This document shows positions 56,674 through 64,000 of a stretch of DNA of 64,000 nucleotides, piece after piece; the stretch's first letter is position 1; each line of letters begins with the position of its first letter. Both the position numbers and the translations under genes were made by a program. The notes under the pieces were generated by a model. It saw nothing but the letters and a program-made list of their open reading frames with translations, was not told the DNA's origin and searched no databases. The stretch is from a virus: IMG/VR virus record IMGVR_UViG_3300032086_003519, positions 1 to 64,000 of that record; one strand, written 5' to 3'.

Positions 56674-57929
56674 TATAATATTACCTTTCCTTCACCTTCT
56701 AGCAGGTATCTTGGTCTGCCAGAGTTATCAACTCTCTGTGTGCCTTTATCTATTCCAAAATGATCAAATAGGGTTGCCTGTAAATCCAAAGGCCCAACAG
56801 GTCTTTCTGTAGGACTGTAAGATCTATCAGCCTCTCCGATGGTTCTTCCTGCTGCATACTCTCCACCGAACATAAACATCGGCGTGATTGATGGCCAGTG
56901 GTCACGACCGGCATTTGCATTAATTTTAGTTCTTCCAAATTCGCCAGTTACTACCAATAATACTTTATCACCTAAACCTCTATCGGACACATCCTGTATA
57001 AAGCCTGCAATAGCTTTATCGACAGGAGGCACTCTTGTCTTTAGGGCATTTGATACATTGCTATGCATGTCCCATCCGCCATAATGAAGCGTAACAAATC
57101 TTGTTCCGTATTCTACAAGACGACGAGCAAGAAGAAGTTGTTCACCAATATCTTTTGCTTTAGTTGACCCATAGAGAGCTTTTGTTTTTTCATTCTCTTT
57201 TTCTACTGCAAATGCGTCTTTTGCAGATCCTAATATTACATCGTATGCTTGCCCCTTGTAAAAGTCTACTGAGTTGGCGCTTCTGCTTGCGACTGCGGCG
57301 GCATCAAGTCCTTTGAGCAGGTCTTTTCTTGTAGAGAATCTATCAAGTTCGACTCTTGGGGTAAGGTTGTCTTTATTGGATGGATCGAAAGGTTTATATG
57401 CTCCACCGAGCCAAGCACCTTCATCACCTTCGATTTTACCTTGCTTAACATATGTTGGTACTCCATTTTCTTGGTTGTTAGCTCCATAACATGCAGATAC
57501 AATAGATCCGAATGAGGGGTACTTTGCCATAGAAGTGGTGGTTCTTTCTGGATTATACTGTCCGGTCATCATAAAATGAGTCCCTTGTCTATGAGAGGAA
57601 TCTCTGTGACTAAAGGAATTTACCACATTCATTTTGCCGGTATGTTTAGCTAGTTCTGTCCAGTCAGCACCTAAATTTATGTTCGTTTTAACATCATAAA
57701 TAGAACCGTTTACTGCTTGCCATTCGGTAGGCACAGTGTCTGTAGGAGCGTGAAATGTTTCAAACTGTGTTGGCCCTCCTCCAAGCCATAACCAAACAAC
57801 TGCCTTATCTTCATATGCATCAAAACCTTCTTGAGAAAACGCTTTGTCGGAAAGTCCGATAGAACTCATAGCTGCGCTGATGCCACCTACCCTTAAAAAG
57901 TTTCTTCGATTGAAAATAAAGTCTAACAT
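56673..57929 (-). CDS. DUF1501-family protein with Tat signal (copy 3)
   Basis: NRRNFLRVG; WLGGGPTQFETF; ARRLVEYG; WDMH; GEFGRT..GRDHW; RBS AAGGAG. Confidence 0.9.
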   Translation of the reverse strand: MLDFIFNRRNFLRVGGISAAMSSIGLSDKAFSQEGFDAYEDKAVVWLWLGGGPTQFETFHAPTDTVPTEWQAVNGSIYDVKTNINLGADWTELAKHTGKMNVVNSFSHRDSSHRQGTHFMMTGQYNPERTTTSMAKYPSFGSIVSACYGANNQENGVPTYVKQGKIEGDEGAWLGGAYKPFDPSNKDNLTPRVELDRFSTRKDLLKGLDAAAVASRSANSVDFYKGQAYDVILGSAKDAFAVEKENEKTKALYGSTKAKDIGEQLLLARRLVEYGTRFVTLHYGGWDMHSNVSNALKTRVPPVDKAIAGFIQDVSDRGLGDKVLLVVTGEFGRTKINANAGRDHWPSITPMFMFGGEYAAGRTIGEADRSYSPTERPVGPLDLQATLFDHFGIDKGTQRVDNSGRPRYLLEGEGKVIL

Positions 57930-57939
57930 TTTGGTCTCC

Positions 57940-58965
57940 TTAATAAGTTGTTGATTGTGTTTTTGTGACTATTGATCCATTTGTGTATGGCATGTAGTCA
58001 TTGTTGTCATTTGTATAAGAGAAAGACATTTCTACATTGCCTCCTCCTGTATCTCCACCCGAAAATCCAACGCCTGTACAATAATTCTTTGACCCCAAAT
58101 CAAAAATTATATTATCAAATTTCAGGACTATTTGCCGATCAGGAGTTGGAAATGTGCCCATAAAAATATTGTTGTTGTCTGATATTAGTATATCTTGTTG
58201 GACTGACTTTCTAGCTATTGCGCTGATTTCACAAGTAACTTCAACAGGCGTTTCTACGTACTTATATTTGTTTTGCTCGCTTGGATTGGTGCCCTGATTT
58301 GAACCTCTCCAAAAACCCGTATCGGCAAGTTCAGAGTAGCTGACCGAAAGACTAATTCCTATTGATTGTATAACCCTAACTTTTATATTATCATCTACTG
58401 TTAGTATGGCTGCGTCAACCTCAGTTGGAAATATACTGTTTTCTGTGTCGAAGTTTTGCTTTCTCATAAGAGTTCCAGACTCTCCAAGAGCCGGAATAGA
58501 ACCGGCAGACTGCTTCGTCAGGTTATTGGTAACGAGGGTAATACTTTCAGTAAATATACCATCAACAGAGAAGTTATACGAAATCTCTGTAACCAAACAA
58601 TATTCAAACTTTACTGAATCGACAGAACCACTTATGGTCGTATCATCACCATAAGTCAAACCAATTTCATATTCTTTTAATCCAGTCCAGCCAGCTATAC
58701 CTAGATTGGAATTTTTTAGAAGATAAGAGTCTTCATAATTGCCAGTTCCTATAGTATAGAAAGGCGTATCACCAGATCTTAGATGTCGTTCTATTGTTAT
58801 TGTCACTTCTGGCTTGTTGTATCTATCTCCAAAAGCCTGAGATCTTCCGGTATCAAGTATAGCTTCAGCGTCAGCGCTATAGTCAACGCCAACGCTTTGG
58901 ACGTTCTTTAAGTACGTGCCATCAACGAAGACCGCCTGACACGCATAAAAAACTCTGTTACCCAT
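57940..58965 (-). CDS. putative tail-tube-like structural protein
   Basis: N-terminal 'NRVFYACQAV..VQSVG', beta-rich, SYNFSVDG.FTESITL. Resembles tail tube proteins; not confirmed. Confidence 0.4.
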   Translation of the reverse strand: MGNRVFYACQAVFVDGTYLKNVQSVGVDYSADAEAILDTGRSQAFGDRYNKPEVTITIERHLRSGDTPFYTIGTGNYEDSYLLKNSNLGIAGWTGLKEYEIGLTYGDDTTISGSVDSVKFEYCLVTEISYNFSVDGIFTESITLVTNNLTKQSAGSIPALGESGTLMRKQNFDTENSIFPTEVDAAILTVDDNIKVRVIQSIGISLSVSYSELADTGFWRGSNQGTNPSEQNKYKYVETPVEVTCEISAIARKSVQQDILISDNNNIFMGTFPTPDRQIVLKFDNIIFDLGSKNYCTGVGFSGGDTGGGNVEMSFSYTNDNNDYMPYTNGSIVTKTQSTTY

Positions 58966-58979
58966 AGTAAGTACCTTTA

Positions 58980-59987
58980 TTAAAAGTCGTCAACTAAATT
59001 TCCTACAGAATACTCAGTGACTCTAGTCTCGAAAAAGTTCTTGCATTTTTCCAGATCAATGATCTCGCTCATCCAAGGAAATGGGTTCTGTGCATTTCCA
59101 TAAGGTGATGGTAAATTTAAATTGGTTAATCTTCTGTCAGCAATAAACTGAACATAATCAATAAACATATCTGCGTTTAATCCTAAGATACCATTTGGTA
59201 GAACATCTCTAGCATATGCTAACTCTAGCTCCATAGCTGTATCAATATGCTCGATGGTTTCTTTTTCCATTGCTTTTGTCCAGATCTTAGGATTGTCTTC
59301 TCTCAATCTATTAATAAGAGTTGTCCCAAAGTTGATGTGGATACTCTCATCACGAAGTGTGTATTGAATTTGCTCTCCAATTCCCGGCAGTTTGTTTTGC
59401 CTATTAAATGAAAGGAGCATAGCAAAGCCAGAGAAGAAGAAAATCCCTTCACAGATAACATAATAAGTAATAATATTACGAAGGAATTCCCTTTTCCCCT
59501 CCAGCGTATTTATATTAAAATCAGGGCGATTGATGTCAGTTGTAATGTTCATCAAGAACTCGTCTTTGGCCTTGATACTCGGAATTGAATTATATGCCTG
59601 ATAAACTTCATCAATATCTAAGTTCAAAGAGTCACAAACATAAACCACAGTAAGGTTGTGGAGGCTTTCCTCATATGCTTGACGCAGAATATATTGGCGA
59701 CATTCTGGATCTGTTACAAACTTGAATACACTGAGAAGCAAGTTATTGGCAACCAAAGATTCTGATCCAGCAAAGAACCCTAAGCATCTCTTCACAACTA
59801 ATCTTTCATCTTCGGATAGAGAGTTAGATTTCCACTGTTCAATGTCTTTTGCCATAGAGACCTCTGTAGGCATCCAATTGTTAGCGGCTCCGTCGATGAA
59901 TAAATCCCATGCCCATTTGTTTGTATGCGGCAAGATTTGATTCACAGTGGCTACTTTATCTGATATAATTTCTTTGCTTTTTTTCAT
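58980..59987 (-). CDS. nrdB: ribonucleotide reductase beta subunit with class Ic (R2c) signature
   Basis: Motifs NNWMPTEV, FFAGSESLV, EESLH, EGIFFFSGF, RDESIH, NFFE.RV.EY. Start at MKKSKE (TAATG overlap). Confidence 0.92.
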   Translation of the reverse strand: MKKSKEIISDKVATVNQILPHTNKWAWDLFIDGAANNWMPTEVSMAKDIEQWKSNSLSEDERLVVKRCLGFFAGSESLVANNLLLSVFKFVTDPECRQYILRQAYEESLHNLTVVYVCDSLNLDIDEVYQAYNSIPSIKAKDEFLMNITTDINRPDFNINTLEGKREFLRNIITYYVICEGIFFFSGFAMLLSFNRQNKLPGIGEQIQYTLRDESIHINFGTTLINRLREDNPKIWTKAMEKETIEHIDTAMELELAYARDVLPNGILGLNADMFIDYVQFIADRRLTNLNLPSPYGNAQNPFPWMSEIIDLEKCKNFFETRVTEYSVGNLVDDF

Positions 59988-62437
59988 TATTGACAACTCT
60001 CACATCCGGGATCTAAAATAGAACATGCCTTAATTTCTTCTGCTTGTGGCTCTTCGGTTGACTTAAAACTAACAGTTGATTTCTCAACGCGAGTGGCGGC
60101 TTTGCCTCTCAAGTAATATGTAGTTTTTAATCCGTTTTCCCAAGCACAAAAATATAAGTCATTCAAAAACTTAAGACTGTCATGTTTGTTGTAAAGATTA
60201 AGCGATTGTCCCATATCAATCCACTTCTGTCTTTCAGCCGCAGCCTTAATTAAAATTTCTGGTTCAATATCAAAAGCAGTAATAAACTCTCTCTGAATAT
60301 CTTCATCCAGATCAACCGCCATAACGTCTCCGTCAGCAGTTTTTAGAGCATCTACTAGCTCTTGACACCAAATACCCTTCTTCTTAGCCATTGCAACAAA
60401 ATGTTCATTGACCATAGTAAACTCTCCACTAAGTGTTGAGTACACATAAAGAACCGAGTAATCTGGCTCAATAGACTGCGAACAACCCTGAATATATGAG
60501 ATGGTTGCGGTAGGAGCGATTGCCATGACATTACTATTACGCATACCATGTTTTCTCACTAATTCCCTAACCTCATCCCATTCTTCTACAAAGTTCTCGA
60601 AGTCCTCTTTCTTATACACATTATCTGACCTGTGAGTCTCTCTCTGATTCATTAAATCACAATAAGTATCTATAGGAAAATTACCTTTATCCCATTCGGA
60701 ACCCTCAAAAGAGGGGTATGCGCCTTTTTCCTTAGCTAATAATGCTGACGTTTTGATCGCATGTAAAGAAATAAATTCTTGTATTTTCCCGCACAGTATG
60801 ACTGCATCTTGAGAATTATACGGTATTCCTAGCTTGTGTAACACATCATGAGTACCCATAATACCAAGCCCTACAGGTCTGTGTTTCAGGTTTGACTTTT
60901 TGGCTTCTTTTGTAGGGTAGAAGTTTAGATTTACAACATTGTCTAAGCCTCTAACTGCCACCTCTACGGTTTTCTGTAGCTTTTTCCAATCAATAGTTCT
61001 AACTTTTAAGTGCGATGATAGATTGATACTGGCGAGATTACAGACTGCTGTTTCACCTACCTCGACAATTTCACCTTCTTCATAAACTGTAGGTTTGGTG
61101 TGCAGTAAAATCTCAGTACACAGATTAGAAGAATGGACTACACCCTCATGTTTATTAGAATATCTTATATTAGATGGGTCTTTAAAGGTGATCCAAGGAT
61201 GTCCAGTTTCATAAAGCGCAGTAAGAACTTTCTTCCAAAGGTCTTTAGCATTAATAGTTCTATAATTATTTATTTCTCCATTGTCTGCGGCTTTCTTATA
61301 TTTTCTATAAACCTTAGTAAACTCTTTGCCGTAGGTATCGTGTAACTCTGGACATTCTGCTGGATCAAACAAATACCAATCTTGGTTTTTTGTGACAGCT
61401 ACCATAAAGTCATCTGGAATCCATAAGGCAGTATTCATGTCGTGACAACGACGGCGATCATCTCCAGTATTTTTTCTAAGGTCTAAGAAGTCTTCAATGT
61501 CTAAATGCCAAGGTTCAATATAAGAACATCCAGCACCTTTTCTTTTTCCTCCTTGATTGACCGCCACTAATAAGTCATTGAATATTTTTAACCAAGGAAC
61601 AAGGCCTGTAGACTTTCCATTTGTGCCTTTTATGTAGCCGCCTGTAGCTCTTACGCTAGACCAATCAACACCAAGCCCTCCAGCATATTTCGACAATCTA
61701 GACTGTCCATGTAACGTACCAAAGATGCCATCAATTGAATCTCCCACTGTACTCAAATAGCAAGAAGAAAGCTGAGACCGTTTTGTCCCACTGTTAAACA
61801 GTGTAGGAGTAGATGGAGAATATCTAAACTCTGACATCATATTATATATTTCGAGAGCCTTCTCTTCTTTATTATCCCCCTCTGCAAGACATAGACCCAT
61901 AGCTACTCGCATATAAAATGCTTGAGGGGTTTCCATTCTCTGTTCATTTAGGTGGATAAAATAGCGATCATAGAGGGTTTGGATGCCCAAGTATTTGAAT
62001 AGTTTGTCCCTTGATGGAACCATATTCTCAGCTAGGTAATCAAGATCATAAGAAAGGAGTCTATCACTGAGCCTCTCTTCTTTTACTAACCTTTTGATGT
62101 TTTTCACAAAAGCTTTTTTGTACTGCTCTTCAAAATTTTCACTACCTACGTCTTCGCCAAACACCTCTTTATAAAGATTGTTAAGTAGCATCCTCGCAGC
62201 TACATAAGCATAGTTTGGTTCTTTTTCTATCTTAGAGCGAGCAGATAATATCAGCGCCTTGTTTATTTCTGATGTTGGTATCTTATTGTAGAGTTGCAAA
62301 CTAGCATCAAGAACTACTTCGCTCACAGAAACATCTTCAAGTTCATTACAAGCCCTTTCAACGCACTCATTTATCTTGTCTAAACAAACATCTTCTAGTC
62401 TACCGTTGCGTTTTTTAATTTTTATATCTTGGCTCAT
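59987..62437 (-). CDS. nrdA: ribonucleotide reductase class I alpha subunit with ATP-cone
   Basis: ATP-cone (IKKRNG), TPTLFN, SSCY, QGGKRKG, SNLCTEI, VCNL, APTATIS, KTTYY, C-terminal CESCQ. No intein seen. Confidence 0.95.
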   Translation of the reverse strand: MSQDIKIKKRNGRLEDVCLDKINECVERACNELEDVSVSEVVLDASLQLYNKIPTSEINKALILSARSKIEKEPNYAYVAARMLLNNLYKEVFGEDVGSENFEEQYKKAFVKNIKRLVKEERLSDRLLSYDLDYLAENMVPSRDKLFKYLGIQTLYDRYFIHLNEQRMETPQAFYMRVAMGLCLAEGDNKEEKALEIYNMMSEFRYSPSTPTLFNSGTKRSQLSSCYLSTVGDSIDGIFGTLHGQSRLSKYAGGLGVDWSSVRATGGYIKGTNGKSTGLVPWLKIFNDLLVAVNQGGKRKGAGCSYIEPWHLDIEDFLDLRKNTGDDRRRCHDMNTALWIPDDFMVAVTKNQDWYLFDPAECPELHDTYGKEFTKVYRKYKKAADNGEINNYRTINAKDLWKKVLTALYETGHPWITFKDPSNIRYSNKHEGVVHSSNLCTEILLHTKPTVYEEGEIVEVGETAVCNLASINLSSHLKVRTIDWKKLQKTVEVAVRGLDNVVNLNFYPTKEAKKSNLKHRPVGLGIMGTHDVLHKLGIPYNSQDAVILCGKIQEFISLHAIKTSALLAKEKGAYPSFEGSEWDKGNFPIDTYCDLMNQRETHRSDNVYKKEDFENFVEEWDEVRELVRKHGMRNSNVMAIAPTATISYIQGCSQSIEPDYSVLYVYSTLSGEFTMVNEHFVAMAKKKGIWCQELVDALKTADGDVMAVDLDEDIQREFITAFDIEPEILIKAAAERQKWIDMGQSLNLYNKHDSLKFLNDLYFCAWENGLKTTYYLRGKAATRVEKSTVSFKSTEEPQAEEIKACSILDPGCESCQ

Positions 62438-62471
62438 AAGTCTCACTGGAATCAAAGGTTAGTGTAAGTGT

Positions 62472-62607
62472 ATAAAAAAAACGACACTTATAACATACAG
62501 AGATAGGAACTTGTCTACTCTAAGTTTATCCCTGTGCCTTTCGGCTTGTCGGGGTAAGTGTCGTTTAGCCTGTTTTCCAAAACTGGCTTTTTATTCCCCA
62601 ACGACTG
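62472..62607 (-). ncRNA. candidate structured 5' leader (attenuator/riboswitch-like) of nrdA
   Basis: A 12-bp stem (aaacgacactta/taagtgtcgttt) followed by a U tract encloses a GAAA tetraloop hairpin and a long bulged hairpin. A competing 5' gtcgtt segment is present. Confidence 0.5.
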
Positions 62608-62611
62608 TTAA

Positions 62612-62640
62612 ATTATAGTGTTCGTTGAGCGGATTTGCAA
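62612..62640 (-). promoter_or_regulatory. sigma70-type promoter for nrdAB
   Basis: TTGCAA (62640-62635), 17-bp spacer, TATAAT (62617-62612). Confidence 0.8.
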
Positions 62641-62654
62641 GATCTAATTAATGA

Positions 62655-62858
62655 CTAACCGCCAAAAAATGATCTTTTTTCGTCGTCACCATCTTCGTCT
62701 TCCGAGACTGGCTCTGGAGCCGGAGCTGGTGCTGGTACTGGGTCTTTTTTAACACCCAAAGCTTCCGCCATAGCGGTAAATACTTCAACAAGCTGTTCAT
62801 GGTTCTGAGTGCCAAGAATAACCTTATCTAACATATCTTTGATTACAACTTTGTCCAT
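62655..62858 (-). CDS. hypothetical protein (67 aa) with PAPAP and acidic tail
   Basis: RBS GGAG; ORF. Confidence 0.55.
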   Translation of the reverse strand: MDKVVIKDMLDKVILGTQNHEQLVEVFTAMAEALGVKKDPVPAPAPAPEPVSEDEDGDDEKRSFFGG

Positions 62859-62870
62859 TTCTAAAATCTC

Positions 62871-63170
62871 CTATTTACAATTATGAATGGCTTCTATTAT
62901 CTTTTCTGTTACAGACAACTGTGTCTGATGAATAGATTCTTCTAACTTGTCCATCTTATTATCAATCTTAGTCTCCAATCCGTCAACCTTATTCTCTAAA
63001 GAATCCAATCTTCTTGATATAGAATCATTGACTTTTTCTTCTAACATTGCTAACTTACCCCCATGCTTGACTATAGTTCTAAGAACCCAAGCAATAAGAG
63101 GTAATGCGACCATGCCGAAAAACTGCGTAATTTCTTTTACTAACTCCCATGTATCTTCCATAGCGATCAC
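62871..63170 (-). CDS. single-TM coiled-coil protein (possible holin-like)
   Basis: TM segment FFGMVALPLIAWVL followed by a coiled coil. The holin call is speculative. Confidence 0.45.
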   Translation of the reverse strand: MIAMEDTWELVKEITQFFGMVALPLIAWVLRTIVKHGGKLAMLEEKVNDSISRRLDSLENKVDGLETKIDNKMDKLEESIHQTQLSVTEKIIEAIHNCK

Positions 63171-63174
63171 CCCT

Positions 63175-63207
63175 AAAAAAAATAAGGGGAGGGAAACCCC
63201 TCCCCTT
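63175..63207 (-). terminator. intrinsic terminator
   Basis: Perfect 10-bp stem aaggggaggg/ccctcccctt followed on the minus strand by a T8 tract. Confidence 0.85.
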
Positions 63208-63226
63208 GTAAAACTCTAAATTGTTA

Positions 63227-63901
63227 TTACATACCAGTGATGGCTTTGTAATCGAAGAAGTCTCCGCCACTGCTTACGCTTAGTGTTACGAAGTCTACCT
63301 TCAATACTAGTTCACCCGGAATTGCGCGAGTTGGGTTACCAGCATTGTCTGCTGTTCCCTGTACATCGCTTCCTGTTGTTGCGCCAGCCATAGCAGTACC
63401 ATCTAGCTCTGCTGGAGATGCTGCTGCGGTGCCGGAAGAATTCAACCAGTTAATACGCATGTTGGTGATCGTAGCGCCACTGTCAAGAGTACCAGTCCAG
63501 CTGAACTGATTTTGTCTCCAGCCAGTAAGTAGCTTGGCTCCGTAATCGCCTTGGAATGTAGCAATAGACTTTCTGTTGTCCCCTCTGCCCATAGTGAGTA
63601 GCTGAGTTTTAGATACGCCAGAGAGAGTTGAAGAAGATCTAGCAATAACGTATTTGCCCTCTTCGCTGTAACCAAAAGTACCAGCAGATAGAGCTTTTTG
63701 TACGTTGTAAATACCGCTAGCTGTGACGCTTGGTAGCATGTTGCTATCTGGGGCTACTGCTACACCGTCTAAAAGAGTAAGACTTTTTGTTATAACGTCA
63801 CCAGTAGTGTCGTTACCTAGAATTGTACCACCCTGTGTTTGCGAAACAAAAGTCCCGCCAGTTGTGTTCTTTAGGTGGCTGTTGTTGCTTGGAACTGCCA
63901 T
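63227..63901 (-). CDS. putative structural protein (224 aa, S/T/G-rich)
   Basis: RBS AGGAG; 'PTRAIPGELV' motif; own terminator. Confidence 0.5.
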   Translation of the reverse strand: MAVPSNNSHLKNTTGGTFVSQTQGGTILGNDTTGDVITKSLTLLDGVAVAPDSNMLPSVTASGIYNVQKALSAGTFGYSEEGKYVIARSSSTLSGVSKTQLLTMGRGDNRKSIATFQGDYGAKLLTGWRQNQFSWTGTLDSGATITNMRINWLNSSGTAAASPAELDGTAMAGATTGSDVQGTADNAGNPTRAIPGELVLKVDFVTLSVSSGGDFFDYKAITGM

Positions 63902-63974
63902 TATACATGACTCCTATAAAAAATAAAGATATTTTATTCCCACATTTGTCCGTATAATAATCCAAGTCCTACTA

Positions 63975-63994
63975 TATATTACACAAATTGTCAA
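63975..63994 (-). promoter_or_regulatory. candidate promoter: TTGACA followed by TTTGTGTAATATA
   Basis: Shares a motif with 15900-15914. TTGACA is present, but there is no good -10 at 17-bp spacing. Confidence 0.3.
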
Positions 63995-64000
63995 GTATTT

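Noticed and set aside
1-64000. Stop-codon reassignment (alternative genetic code)
   Set aside because: Genes tile densely under the standard code, conserved proteins are full-length, and TAA, TAG and TGA are all used as stops.

Overview
This window is a gene-dense, AT-rich segment of a large tailed dsDNA bacteriophage (Caudoviricetes-like). No tRNA, rRNA, CRISPR array or integrase was seen. Positions 1-16882 (+) hold a virion/tail module: the end of a probable tape-measure gene, a 2657-aa protein with FG-GAP-like and Ser-Gly repeats, two more tail-type proteins, and a Cys/Pro-repeat protein. This module converges at a terminator (~16907-16940) on a long minus-strand block. That block contains a ~14-kb glycosyltransferase/sugar-nucleotide island, a sigma factor and SSB. 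It also has a DnaE polymerase split into two intein-free genes flanking a DnaQ-like exonuclease, plus a Cas4-like nuclease, dNMP kinase, primase, DnaB, dUTPase and RecA. Further along are a ColD-type dehydratase next to a GT10, PhoH, three divergent Tat-signal DUF1501 genes, and nrdAB. The most notable observations are: (1) the PhoH-linked triple-DUF1501 island with small secreted/Cys-rich peptides and a structured RNA plus 10-aa uORF; (2) the split DnaE; (3) an NrdB with the class Ic (Mn/Fe, tyrosyl-radical-free) signature; (4) a riboswitch/attenuator-like leader between a near-consensus sigma70 promoter and nrdA; (5) a possible GDP-colitose/fucose glycosylation system. A Planctomycetota/PVC host is inferred, not shown. 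All protein calls come from motif recognition by eye, with no database searches. Several start codons were moved downstream from the ORF track on the basis of RBS and stop-start overlaps.
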